The translations under genes were made by a program, and so were the position numbers. Under the pieces are notes generated by a model. The model was not told the origin of the DNA and did not search any database. It worked only from the letters and a program-made list of their open reading frames with translations. A DNA stretch of 64,000 nt from NCBI RefSeq assembly GCF_964355755.1, contig NC_092679.1:3998201-4062200 (forward strand), written 5' to 3'. Source of the DNA: Antedon mediterranea (taxonomy: Eukaryota > Animalia > Echinodermata). The first letter of the stretch is position 1. Every line of letters starts with the position of its first letter. Shown piece after piece: positions 1 to 14,100 of this stretch.

Positions 1-165
1 TTTATTTTAACACTTGTTTTGAAGTGTTGGTATTTCGTTTGTTGTTTATTTGAGAGATTAAATTTAAATAAAGAGACTGTAGATTTAAAAGGTATTTTAC
101 CTGATGCATGTTGTTTAGAAAGATTTTAATAAATTGAATGAAGATGTTTAATAATGTTATACTAA

Positions 166-287
166 AGCTCTGTCTACACTATCAATCTTTATGTGACAAA
201 AAAATGTGATGTGCCCATATATGGACATTATGGTGTCATATCACTACCATATTTGAGCACATCAAACTTTTTTTGTCAAACTAGTTG
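166..287. mobile_element. MITE family A (PIF/Harbinger-like), truncated copy
   Basis: TAA followed by the left TIR AGCTCTGTCTACACTATCAA and the family body; right TIR incomplete. Confidence 0.8.
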
Positions 288-1186
288 TACTTTAATTTGA
301 ATTTCTTTGATTGAACTTTAAAAACATCAAGTACTGTATATGTTAGAAATTCTACACAGTAGGCTGTATGGGATTTTTAAAATACTAGGTCAATTGGACT
401 TAACATCAATTTTAAGTATCAATAATTGGTGAGACCAGGATGTAAGATTTATGCAAATAATTCCCATTAATCCTAAATCTCTCCTTATAAAATTCTTATC
501 AGTCACAAATTGAATAGCTCCACAAAAAGAAAAGCATTTTATGACTTATTTTTATTATTTCTTATTATAATGTAATAATAATAATTCTATTCTAACACAA
601 TTTCACAATTGTAACCATTCGTGGTTTGAATGTTTGTAGTACATTTATTCTAATTGCACAATTAAGTAGACATAAATATTTTTTTTTATATCTATATGTA
701 ATTTTGGAGAAGATCCCTACCATTATTTAACTTTGCATAAAATGTAACTACTGCAAATAGTGTAATCTGAAACTATTTCTATTACCTAAACTAAGATATA
801 TGAAACTAGAATTGCGAGATCGAGACTATTATTTAACATTTGCATGCTTTCTCCATAATCAATTACACTGTAAATAACAATGTGTTTTTACTTTCAACAA
901 GGTTCATTCGTATACTGGTAATTAAATAATATATACAACATATAAATGTAATATAACACCTTATGATGTTTACATTTTTACACTATAATGTTTTCCCATT
1001 TATGCTAATTTCTAGATGTTCTTGTATCATGCATGGCTAATAAAAATGAACCAGTTAAAGTGCAATAGTACACAAAAATAATACAATGATAAATTAGTAA
1101 TTTTAGCGATATATTTGTGATTTTAGCTATAAATTGTTCTACACATTTTAAGAAATCTATGCTATGCTAATGAACTACATTGCTAA

Positions 1187-1410
1187 AGCTGTGTCTACAC
1201 TATCAAACTTTATGTGATGTGCCCATATATGGACATGATGACATCATATCACGACCATATTTGGGTATATAACTACCGTATTTGGGTATATAACTACCGT
1301 ATTTGGGTATATAACTACCATATTTGGGTATATAACTACCATATTTGGGTATATCACTACCATATTTGGGCACTTTTTTTGTCAAACTAGTTGATAGTGT
1401 AGACAGAGAT
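1187..1410. mobile_element. MITE family A with expanded internal 21-bp repeat
   Basis: Both TIRs present; about 6 copies of ccatatttgggtatataacta-like units. Confidence 0.85.
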
Positions 1411-1710
1411 TTATTAAGATTGGCTAATTTAGTGAATAACTTGTTACAGTATAATTAACACTACTTTGTATATTATTATATTGCACTGAATAACATATAT
1501 AACTAGTATAGCTGTACACTCAGAAGGTGGAGATTCTGAATTAAACCACACACCGGGGCAGGAACATGCCATTACAAAATTAACCTAGGCTATGTGAAAG
1601 TGGTATATTACTGTAATTTGTAATAAATAAATTTTGCCAAAGAACAGACTTTAGGAATGTTTAATAATATGGCTATATCAATCAAATGATACTAAAGTTA
1701 AGATGTAGGT

Positions 1711-1827
1711 GCAACGCAAGGAAATTGACCAAAGACAAGCGACAGTTTGGATAATCCATCGCTTGTGATTGGTCAAATTACTTGTGTTGCTTCTACGTCC
1801 TTGCGTTGCATCCTAGTGGGAACCAAA
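1711..1827. mobile_element. MITE family B, truncated copy
   Basis: Shares caacgcaag..ttgaccaa..acaagcga and tacgtccttgcgtt..ctagtgggaaccaa with 26938-27116. Confidence 0.7.
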
Positions 1828-1990
1828 TATTAAGGTTAACATGTGTTATATCTTCAATTTTATCTTTAAAAAAAACCTAAAATGTTACATATACAGTACT
1901 GAACACAATTAAACTATCATTAAATATACAATTTCTTAATATAAATAAAAATTGCCAAATCAAATTTTAAACAAATCATAATTTATAAAA

Positions 1991-2077
1991 TTAAAAAATA
2001 AGTACAGAACTATGGTATATTAAAAAATAAGTACAGAACTATGGTATATTAAAAAATAAGTACAGAACTATGATATT
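1991..2077. repeat. 29-bp tandem repeat x3
   Basis: ttaaaaaataagtacagaactatg at 1991, 2020 and 2049. Confidence 0.9.
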
Positions 2078-3433
2078 TGTAAAAATATGTACAGTAATAC
2101 AAACAAAACACATCTTAAAAAAAAATATTTAAAGACAATCGAACACAAAAATTACAACCAAACCAAATCAAGATAAAATGGTCCTGTAATGAATACGCAG
2201 CTACCGCATTCTGCACATGCTCAGAAACCAATGCACAGAATGTTTATATGTAAGCAAGTGCTATGTTGGAGTTATTAAGGGCCTAAACAATTTGGAAATA
2301 ATTAGAGGTGGGATATACTCAAATTATATTAACAAAATATTGTTAATAATAATGATAACAATTACTATTATTACTATACCATATTTCATACATGTTTAAT
2401 GCTAAGCTATCTTACTATAATTTTATCAGCAGCTGGTAGAATTATATGATTCTTTATACATACTTCTAGAATTACTTCAACATGCACCAATCACAACAGT
2501 CGTTTCAGGATAGCACCAGGCTATGATAAGCTAGCTCAATTCTCTTTCGTTACTCAGCACCTCAGTTCAATAAGATCACATTATTTAAATACATTATAAT
2601 AATTACAACTGAGAGATAGATTACTACTAAACACTTTCTCTTCTTACAGCACCTAACTATACAGTACAATAAATTAATTAAAAAGTCATTAAAAATGAAT
2701 AAAAAACATTGTGGCACCGTTGTTATTAAGTAGAGAATATCATGATTATTACAGTGCAGCCAATTATCCATGAATCAAGTGTTACTGTATGCAGAGGATT
2801 GATTGATCATTTCATTAAAATAAATGTTACTATAAAAAAAAAAGCCTCACTGAAAACCTCTCATAACAATGGTCAATGCTCTATATGTATATTGTACATA
2901 ACACAGAATCTGGAGGCCCCTGTTTTTTTTGGAAATATTTTAATGCGTGGTTTTTTCCTCTGCACACTGCACAGGGACCCCTAAAGCTCCAGGGCCCCTG
3001 GTTTTAGCCAGTGAGTGCTCATAGCCTTTACATCACTGGCTGAACAGCAGATGTTTGCCAACCAATTTAAACAAACAGAGCTGATACTTAACTACTAAGT
3101 TCTAGTTTATATTATATATGTAGAGTAACGAGTAACTTGTATCAAGATATAATATTTCATATTCAGAAATATATAGTATATTCTATCAAGGTAGAGAAGG
3201 GACTAGGTCCTAAGGTTAAGGTAGAGTAGAAAGCTTTTGGTGTATAGTAATGACAACAAAACCATCAAGGTTTAGCCAAGCCATTGACCCAATACCAAGT
3301 ATGAGCTAATCAACTCCTTTAATTTTTGCTCATGTGGACACACTTCTCTTCATCCTCCATCCTGTCAACATCACCAAATCAAAAGCTATCTGTATCAAGA
3401 TTATCAATAAAATCACCGGTTAGGAGCATTACC

Positions 3434-6400
3434 CTAGATGGTGTTATAGGCGTAGCCATATTTTTGGAGAAGTACCTTCCGCTCATCTACCACGAGTTTA
3501 AAGTATGTTGGATTGCGTGATGGCCATAGCAGGTACACCATTGCAGAGATTGATAGTAGGTCTCCAGACAAGGTCATACCTGAAACATAGAATTTAATAA
3601 AAGATAACTAATTGTACTGTATTATTTATGGAGATCACAGGGATCTGGAAAGATTCAGGGAGGTACTGTACTGTAGCAATAGAGGCACATGCTCCCCTTT
3701 GACAGCTAAAATAACAATAACATATTTGATATCTATTTTTACTATTAATATTACTGGTACTGTATATGTTTAGAGCTTCCCTGTTTAAAAATTCTGAATA
3801 TGCCACCTTCATACAAAAACATAATATGGTTGGAATTCACTTATTTTCGTATTAGTTTATGTACAGCGCTTAGAGGTTTCACAACGTTAGGCGCTATATA
3901 AATCCAGGATATTATTATTATTTAAATAATCATAATGCTAAAGGTTATTTATGGAAAAATCAATGGCTGATCCAAATGGAAATAAGCAACAGCCAGAAAG
4001 AAAATGTCAAACTTTCAGAAAACACTATTCTATCATCAGGGCTAAAGCTCTGTCTACACTATCAAACTAATGATGTAATGTGCCCATATGGACATGATGA
4101 TGTCATATCACTACCATCTTTGGGCATATCACTACCATCTTTGAACATATCACTACCATATTTGGGCACATAACACTTTTTTTGTCAAACTAGTTTGATA
4201 GTGTAGACAGATCAGGCATCCTTCAGTTAAAAAATGACTATGGAATCATAATAATATACAGTACAATATATCCAATATACACAATATTATTTTTTTTTTA
4301 TTATATAAAGATTTATATAACTATTAGGTATTTAACTTTATATGCAGATGGTTTAATATATGGATGATGACCAATATTGGATTCACCAACTGTATAAAAT
4401 AATGTAGTGAAATGAAAGCCTACATATAATATAAACCTGGATGACAAATTCATTTCAGACAAACATAGACAGGAAATTTGATAAACGTTAATATGAATCA
4501 AATAGGACATGTACATTAACGACTGTTTCTGTGCATTATTAAGCATCTTCCTGAATAAAGTCTTTGATTATAATAAGCAAGGGAAAATATTGCTTTGAAC
4601 AGTACTTGTAACCAAGCAATCATTTAAAGCCCTGTTTACACCATCAAACATTATAAGATGTGCCCATATATGGACATGATGATGTCATATCACTACCATA
4701 TTTAAGCATATCACTACCATATTTGGGCACATCACACTATTTTTGTCAAACTAGTTTGATAGTGTAGACAGAGCTCAAGATAAATACATCTGCTTTAAAT
4801 CTCTGGCTGCAACTTTATCATGCACTATCACTCCCAAGAGGCTCACTAGTATGCCAGAGTTTCATTATATGAAATTATTATAATATTATGTAATAATTAT
4901 GTTATTACATAACCTTTCTTTTTAAAAGAATTGTGAATTTATTTGCCAGTTTTAGCTAGTCATGTATGTTACAATAGTTGTACCCAATAAACATGAACTT
5001 TTCCTAATACAGTATGATTGTATTATATTTATTTCAAACAATAATGGTTTTGTTTTCTTTGATTACTGTTTTTTTAATTGTTAAATTATAAAAGAATTTT
5101 ATTCTTTTAAATCTAAAAACTTGTTTTGAAACTACTATCCAACAATAGATATTCTGTCATAAGCAAGTTTCAGTTTTTGTAATCTTTGATTGTTACAGAA
5201 TACTTCACTCTTATAGCTATTGACAACATACCAGTTATAGCCTTCAGTCTATACTGTGGTGAGATCATAGCAGCGATTATCACAAGTATTGGTAGATGAA
5301 TAAACCACACAAAGTAACCAATGCCAAAGTACTTGTAAAACTTAAGCTTTGGCTCAGCACTCTCCTGAAGCCTGGTGGTGTGAAGCTCATACACGAACCA
5401 GATGAGAATGATGAGTCGGAGGGCTAGAACAATGCCACCAGCAAGTGACTGGTATTCGGTGGTATCGGACACAAAACTGATCATCAACTATTAAATGAAA
5501 TTTATAGAAATGAATCTTATTAACCAGACATGGAACAGCCTAGGGAGACTTGCTCAGAGCAGAGGGAACTCTGGGAACTACAGTACTGTATGCACTGCAA
5601 TGTGTGAAGAGGGTAAAAATAAATTGATAAATTGATGTTAATATAACAACTCATTTACATGAGTTTTTAGGCAGTTGCTATGATCCATAAACAAATCCAA
5701 TATGATATCATACGTTCAATACAATACGGTTACTTTACCATCATTATTCAAATAAATACAATTAATGAGTTTGCATACATAATCTAAATTATTTTAAAGC
5801 CCTGGGATAAAGTAATCTTAAAGAAACATAATTACATTATTGATATCAAAATTAAAAAAATGATTAATATGATTAAAGATTCATCTATATTAATATTATA
5901 ATGTGAATTATCAATTGATGATAACAAAAAGCATTTGGTTTTCTACAAAAAATAAATTGTAAAATAAATTTAAAATTAGTACTCATCCATTAAATTATAA
6001 AGAGTTCCAATTTTGCTAATAACACTAATTTATTTATCTATTGCCAATGAAGGAATTGATAATTAAGGGCCGTTGATAAATGATACATTCAAATAAAATA
6101 TTTGATATTCTGTACAATGGTATACAAACTATACGTCATTATAATAGGTTAAAATATTAGCAAATAGCAATTACAAAAATATATTTAAAATATGTATTGG
6201 TATAAATAAAAGCTTTAAAAATAATTTATTATCAATTTGATAAACTATTGAAAAATAATTCATTAAAATTAAGAATGTTTGATATAAATTTGATTAGGTG
6301 CCTTTATCATACTAAATATATTTAAACTATTAAATCAGCTTACCATTTGCCAAAAGTACAGAAACACATAAAAGAGCGAATAAACACCCCAAACGGCAAA

Positions 6401-7567
6401 AACTATCTTCTTTTGATGAATGTCGGTTCTTGTAATGGTCCAGCCCTTAGCCAGCAACAAAAGCAGAAGCATAAAACAACACTGCATCACTATTTGAAAC
6501 AACTGGCCCATGTGCTCCAACCATGAAAAGCCCTTGCCGTTCACCGCATACAACACGTAATGGATGAAGTAACACACTACGCCAATATACTCCAAGAACA
6601 GACACAACGTGAGGAGTTTCACCAATGGATGCGACTGCCCACATTGCGCTGTGATCTGCGCAGGGAATAGGATTGTATAGAGGAATGCAAACACCATGAA
6701 CATCTGAAGGATGGTTTGTTTCTCGTAGGAGAATTGGAATGTGAAGGGGTTAAAGTTGAAGCTGCCGTTTGGGTAGCCATTGACGAGCCAGATGTTGTAG
6801 TCAACCACTGCGTCTGATGTTGACTGGGCCCATGTGCAGTTCTTTGTCATAGACTCGTTGTCGTATGGGTAACAGGCGAGAAGAACTAGATACCAATACC
6901 TGTGGAAAATAAGAAAAATGTTTCAAAATTACATAGTGCTGCGCATCATCAATTTATAATGCTAGACTAAGTTTACTAAAGTGAAGAAAAATAAATACAT
7001 TTTTTTGTACCAAAATATTTAACAATTTTTATTTACATTTTTGAAAATATAAACAAATGAATGTGACAAGTTTTACCTTGGTTTGCTATCTAAAATTTGG
7101 AATGTAAATTGTGAATCTTGCACAAGATCGTCTTCTCTTTCAGTGGGACAGATCTGGTCAATTTGGCAAGGCACTTCAACAATGTATTTACCCATATTTT
7201 TCGGATTGCACCTGTTTATCATTTCATAGTTTGTTTGGTCGACTAATACATCGAAAATTTCTGAGCAGGAATCAAATATTTGACTCGATAAAACATCATC
7301 GTATTTCGGAAATGCGTCTTTATCTAGCAACATCAAAGAAAAACTCGCTAGGCTCTGCTGGTCATCTGCTGCTGAACCATATTGAAGAGTAACGTTACCA
7401 TAAACATATCCTCCTCCGTCCATCGCACTGTCGCTAACCGGATTAAAACTGAATTTTGCGAGCAGGCTTGAAAAACTACCGCTATCCCACGTCCCAACTA
7501 TATGCATACAACTTACAATATGAAATGCACTACAAGATACCACTATAAAAACTAAAGAAAAATTCAT
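3434..7567 (-). CDS. TMEM145/GPR180-family (intimal-thickness-related receptor-like) multi-pass membrane protein, ~482 aa, 4 coding exons
   Basis: Exons 7567-7077, 6899-6344, 5487-5232 and 3579-3434 all have GT..AG boundaries, consistent phases and total 1449 nt. The product has a signal-peptide-like N-terminus (MNFSLVFIVVSC), a luminal domain with PRYWYLVLLAC and FSYEKQ, several hydrophobic helices including LLLLLAKGWT, and a C-terminal LWPSRNPTYF. TMEM145 vs GPR180 cannot be settled by eye. Confidence 0.88.
4046..4211. mobile_element. MITE family A
   Basis: TIRs agctctgtctacactatcaaact / agtttgatagtgtagacaga; 3 internal 21-bp units. Confidence 0.85.
4628..4775. mobile_element. MITE family A
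   Basis: Degenerate left TIR; intact right TIR gatagtgtagacagagct. Confidence 0.85.
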
Positions 7568-8121
7568 TTTTAGATAGTTTTTCTTCTCTCAAACAAGATG
7601 CGTTTTGTTGGGTTTTTGTTTCTTTCTCCGCCGAATCTATTATGTACAATGTCAAAGTTCAGTTAAATCATACATCGTATCTCTTGAAAGTTTTGTATTC
7701 TACTACCGCTACTGATTGTGTTCCTATTGGATCTGAATTAACAAGCGTCCATGTGATATTGCAAAATCATTCAAGCATAAAGTTTAGAGAAAGGAAGACT
7801 TGTTTGGTTGGAATACTGCTTCTCTTTCATTTCAATCCAGATCTAGCAAGAATTAATGCCTACAAATACAAGTTAGTATAGTAGTAGTTAAACCTCTATA
7901 CTGTGTTTCTTCAGTTAATGAGTTTTGGATTATCTTTGTTTTAGGCCAAATATACAACCATCCATCATAGATAAGCTAGCCTATAATATAACTAATTTGC
8001 ATAAATTTGTTAACAGGTGGCTACAGTCTCAGTCTCAATTGGATCGAAGGTATCAAATCAATCACCACAGCTACCAAACCAACAGCAGTAGCAGCAGTAT
8101 AGTGCAGTTTAGAAACTCAAA
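7568..8121. promoter_or_regulatory. Putative bidirectional promoter, TMEM145-like / DPP3
   Basis: Divergent start codons lie 554 bp apart. An acceptor-like ttaacag at 8010-8016 suggests a DPP3 5'UTR intron. Confidence 0.55.
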
Positions 8122-11100
8122 ATGACCGATTCACAGTTCCTTATCCCGAACTCTGCCCCCATAGTGAATCTTGATTGTAAATCAGCATGGAATGGCCTCA
8201 ATGACAAGGAGAAGAAATATGCGCATTTCCTTTCAAGAGCATCATGGAGTGGTGGGTTAATATGCCTTCTTCAGTGTTCTCCAGAGTCTCCTATCATATT
8301 CTATCTGCTTCAGAAGTTGTTCAGAGCACAACCAGTTAAGGAATTTGGAGAAGCTGCTAAGAAAATCTGTCCAGAAGATTGGGAGGTACGGACTCCAGAT
8401 GGCAAACGAGAATATATTACATAAATATGACATTATTTAAAAGGACACATCCGATTTTCAAAATCGTGACAGTCAAATCGCTCAAATTTAAATTTTTGGC
8501 GAGTCCTGGGTTAATTACATGGTTAACATACTTTTTGATCAATTGATAAACTTAATCTTATTGGCAGTGGATTAGATGTGTATAAAAGTATCTTGTAGAT
8601 GCAAACATGTCTTTTTTACCTAAATGGAACTTGGTGAGTTTACAAACTGTAATTCTGGCCCACTATATTTTAATTAATAGAATTTGTAAAATGTTTGTTT
8701 GTTTCAGGCATTTATGACATATGCTGCAGCCTTCTACGCGAACCTTGGCAACTACAAGTCATTTGGTGACACAAAGTTTGTACCTAATCTACCAAAGGTA
8801 AAATATTTCGTCAAAGTATAATTAAAATAATACAAGAACGCAAGAAAATATAGCAATTTGCTTTCATAAGATGAAGTATAAAGCTGAATAATTTAAATAT
8901 CTTCTCAATGATTTTATAAATGTGAAGCTGTAGTATGGTAAAGTATACTGAAATAATATTAAACATTGTTTTATACAGTAATTGGTTACTGTGATAGAAT
9001 TACTATTCTGCTAAGACAACGATTATGTTATTTATATAGCATGCTGATGTACTGTACTGTGTTGGATTAGTTCTCAATATCTCTATTGAGGAAGAAGGTT
9101 CTTAATGGAACACATTGTACTTAAAATTTTTAATTAAAACTTCATTTAAAGGAAAGCTTCAAGAAGATTGTATGGGCGAGTGCAGCTTACGGAAAAGATT
9201 CTACAACTATCGAGAAAATCTGGAATGCTTGTGGTGATAATATGTATTCTTTAGAGCCTGTGCAAAAGCAGATGGGACTAGGAGATAAGGTATACAGTAG
9301 CCTAGTCCAACAGACTGAATACTGAAATCCTTTTTTTTGTCTATTGTCATAATAGAACAATAATGGAAATTCTTCTTAAAGATTGGCAAATATTAGTAGG
9401 ATAAAAGCAGATAAACTATAAAACAAAAATTCCTATACAGAGTACACATACAATATTGCACAAAACTTGAAAATTTAGACGTTTTTAACTGGAGAATAAA
9501 TCTATGATATTGTTGTTAAATGTCATATTGATGCAATTACAGTATGAGCTCACATGTGCAGTGTAATAATCCTACTCACAGAGTTAGCTAAATACAGGCC
9601 AACCAACCAACACATATTGGTCCTCACTTATATTATACCCCATATATAACATTTATTAGAATAGGCTTCTAAAATCAACAATGGTTATTTCACCTTTTGT
9701 TGTAAATACCTTGTTGTGATTGGTTTAAACCATTTCTTATGATGACCCCTTTTAAGAGGTCACAATCACAACATAATAGTACTTTGTGATACTCTACATC
9801 CTAATCATTTGCTTTTTAACATTCGATATACTGAATAAAAAAAACCCAAGCTTATTGCCAGACTACAAACCGTTTATTATAACATGTTTTATTCAGTTTT
9901 TATTCATCTTTTTAGGGCATCTCAACTTACTTTTCTGGCAACTGTACCTTGGAGGATGCTGAATTGGCTCAGAAATTCTTGAATGAAAAGGTTCACAACA
10001 AACATTATATTACAATACACTATGAAATATTATTATGACTTACTACTACAGTACTTACATACTTAAATACAATAGATAAATACATTCATTTATTTTACTA
10101 AAAATGCTTTTCAATTTTTTGCATAGAAAATTAGTCCTTACAACACACGTCTGTTTAAAACAATTGGAGCTGATGAGAAACCTGAGTATGAAGTTAGACT
10201 GGCAGCATCAGATAGTTCAGGTGTGTAATAATATGAGAAGCATCACAGTATCTCACTGTCGACAGAGTGTGTTTGAGATTTATTATTTTCTAAACTAAAC
10301 TTATTGGAATCCAACTACAGTAGAACTACTCTTTTGGGACACCCCCATTAAGAGGACACTTTTACATGACATGAATAAGGGGAAATATATGATGTAATAC
10401 CAGGGAAGAGTGAATTTAGTGTAATTTACTGTTCCCTGGTAATAGTACAACTAACCCCCATTAAGGGGACACTTTTACATGACATGAATAAGGGGAAATA
10501 TATGATGTAATACCAGGGAAGAATGAATTTAGTGTAATTTACTGTTCCCTGGTAATAGTACAACTAACCCCTATTAAGGGGACACTTTTACATGACATGA
10601 ATAAGGGGAAATATATGATGTAATACCAGGGAAGAGTGAATTTAGTGTAATTTACTGTTCCCTGGTAATAGTACAACTAACCCCCATTAAGGGGACACTT
10701 TTACATGACATGAATAAGGGGAAATATATGATGTAATACCAGGGAAGAGTGAATTTAGTGTAATTTACTGTTCCCTGGTAATAGTACAACTAACCCCCAT
10801 TAAGGGGACACTTTTACATGACATGAATAAGGGGAAATATATGATGTAATACCAGGGAAGAATGAATTTAGTGTAATTTACTGTTCCCTGGTAATAGTAC
10901 AACTAACCCCTATTAAGGGGACACTTTGGAAGACATGAACGAGGGAAAATATATGTTGTAATACTACAACTAACCCCTATAAGGGGACACCTCTATTAAA
11001 GAGACACATTTTTAGACCCAAGGTGGTATCCCCTTATTATAGGTTTTACTATCAATATCATCCCATAATCTCAATATCTTGAATAGTGTCTAATAAACTG

Positions 11101-14100
11101 TGATTTGTTTTTTTTTCAGGTGAAGGAGCACCATTTGGTGACTTTAAATTTGATGGCATTAACTTCAAAGTAACGCAAGGTGATTATGGATACCTGATGT
11201 CAAAGGTCGCAGAAAATCTGAATAAAGCAAAAGTATGAATTTGCTATATTTTCATTTTAACCAATGTCACAATGCAAAAAGATATAATAACCATGATTTC
11301 TTTTTATGTTATGTGAGACCAAATTTACTTACTTAAATTTTTATCAAGGAATTTGCGGCCAATGAGAATCAGAGTAAAATGATTGATGGGTATATAGAGA
11401 GTTTCACCACAGGATCAATAGACGCTCACAAGGAAGGCTCCAGAAACTGGATCAAAGACAAAGGACCAATTGTAGAAAAGTAATTCTTTAATTCAAATAT
11501 TGTAGTGACCCCCAATCCCTACCTTCTCAAACCCAAAGAGCTATTGAATTTGTAGAAAAATTTAAATTGCATATTTTTTCATCTAGTAACAAAACAATTT
11601 TGGAGCTTTGATTTTGACTAGATGCAAACTGATATGATTTAGGCTTGTATGCACAGTCATGATCGTGTTTTATTTATGTACACAATGTTATTTCTGTAAG
11701 CTCTCTTATTTATGTGCCTTCTTTCAGCTATATTGGCTTTATAGAAAGCTATCGTGATCCATATGGAGTGAGGGGAGAATGGGAAGGTAAACAATTTTTC
11801 TAATTTAAACATTTTATTGTAAACACTATTTTAATCTGATAGTGTAGACAGAGCTTGATACAAAATATTTTTAAATTAATTTTAGACAATTTCTATTTTC
11901 AAAGGCTTTGTTTCAATAGTCAACAAGGCAATGAGCGCCAAGTTCTCCAATTTGGTCGACCAATCAGAAACCTTACTGTCGCTGTTACCATGGACTGCAG
12001 ATTATGAGAAGGACCATTTCTTGAAGCCGGACTTCACCTCCTTGGATGTGTTGTCGTTTGCTTCCAGTGGTATTCCTGCAGGAATCAACATTCCTAATTG
12101 TACGTAATCAACATAGCAAGACATGTTATCTTGTAATGTCATGTAAAAATAACTGTTGTCTACACTATCAAACTAGTTTGACAAAAAAAATGTTATGTGC
12201 CCAAATATGGTAGTGATATGACATCATCATGTCCATACTGTATATGGGTACATCACATTTTTTGTCACATAAAGTTTGATAGTGTAGACAAGGCTTGCAA
12301 AATAGTTTTGTCTGTCTGTTTTTGATTTATTTTATTATTGTTTTTGTATTTTTTTTAAGATGATGACATTAGACAGGATGATGGCTTTAAAAATGTATCA
12401 CTTGGCAATGTACTGTCAGCGCATAGCAAAGGCGATAAAATTACTTTTCTCACTGAAGAAGACAAGGTAATACAATACATGTTCCTATTTCAGACTAACA
12501 AGTTAATCGTATATCCTCGGGTATAATCCAACTGATTTCACAAACAGGCATATCCCCACGTATAGTCCCAGTATTGGCTTTTGATCTGGATGTATAGTAG
12601 GTTCTCTCTAGCCAGTTCAGATGAGTTTTTGCAATAAATGCATAACAATCAATTTTTTACTGAACCAATGTTTTCCCAGGTAATAGTCCCATTCCCAAAA
12701 GTCGGCCCACGTTCATGTTCTAGGGGGTATGATTAAACCACAGGATATACAGTATTTGAATCATCAGGAAATTGCTTTCAAATCACTAAAACCTATTTTC
12801 TCTTTAAAATCTCTAGAAACTGTTTTCTAGTCTCAAGGCATCAGCCTTTGAAGTGCAGGTTGGTCTACATGAACTGCTTGGACATGGCAGTGGAAAGCTG
12901 TTCATTAAAAACAAAGATGGCTCTTTCAACTTTGACCCAGAGGTCAAGAATCTGATAACTGGAGAAAAGGTATTTACATTTTCTTTCCCACAGTTCTGTC
13001 TGATGTAATTAATGGACATCGCAGGCTGTTCTAACATTTAAACCTTTTCGCTTGAATATTTTTATTATTGAATTACAGTAATGAGCCTTATTTAGTGATG
13101 TCTTTTTGTTGATTACAGATTTCCACGTGGTACCTTGAAGGTGAAACATGGGATACCAAATTCTCCACAATGGCCTCCACTTATGAGGAATGCAGGGCTG
13201 AATGTGTTGGCTTGTACCTCTGTCTTAATAGAGATATTCTCAAGTTAGTACATTGTCAACAAATTGACATTACAAACTCTTAATCTCAGTAGAAGGAAAT
13301 CTATTAAGATTGGTAGGCCAAGTACAGTAGCATTGAGTAAGCATACAGTGCCCATTGGCATTTATGGAGGAGCCTATCAAGAATTATCTGAAGTAGGCAA
13401 GACACGGTGGTTCACAGTTTTTGTCTAGATCGATCCCATGTACTGTACATTGTTTAAATTTTTTCTGTAATAGCTGTATTAAATTTATCCAAAATCTAGT
13501 AATTGTTATTCCTGAATTCTCTCTTCTTGAAGGATATTTGGACATGAGGGTGAAGGAGCTGACAACATCCTGTATATTAACTGGTTAAATATGGTACGAG
13601 CTGGGCTGTTGGGATTGGAATTCTACACGCCAGAAACCGAAACATGGAGACAGGTTTGTTCATCGTCCACTGTTCCAAATAAGGATGTTATTAATAGTGG
13701 AGCTGTAGCTTGGTGGTTAATGTGCTTGCCTTCCAATCTTAAGGTCCATGGTTCAATCCTGATCTAGGGTTGTAACTCATGACTCTTTCAACTCCACTCC
13801 CTACTGAGCCTCAAATGAGATTTGGTTTATAAGCATGATAAATTATAAATAGTTTATCCATCTTGTAATTGATGAGTTACTCGCTGTTGGATGTGTATAA
13901 AGGATACGTTGACATCTTGTTTGAAAGATAACCTAGAAAATACTAATTAATTGTGTTCTAGGCCCATATGCAAGCCCGACATGTGATTCTACGCGTTCTA
14001 CTAGAAGCTGGGCATGGGCTAGTGACTATCACCAGGACCACCGATGAGGATGGGCAACCAAATGCAATCATAACATTAGATCGCAGCAAGATAGAAACGG

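Noticed and set aside
1203-1385. 60-aa ORF of PKYGSYI repeats (also GISLPYL-type ORFs at 3976-4173)
   Set aside because: It is a translation of the 21-bp internal repeat of MITE family A; a unit length divisible by three keeps the frame open.
8017-8121. Possible N-terminal (targeting) extension of DPP3
   Set aside because: The frame from the acceptor at 8016 hits TAG before the ATG at 8122.
10345-10990. Regular arrays here and at 32503-33610 resembling CRISPR
   Set aside because: The units are near-identical end to end with no unique spacers, there are no cas genes, and the context is a eukaryotic intron.
13697-13770. Possible tRNA genes here and at 18849, 26423, 35540 and 42199
   Set aside because: A/B boxes are present but I could not form a convincing cloverleaf; several continue into repeat bodies, so SINE-derived sequence is more likely.
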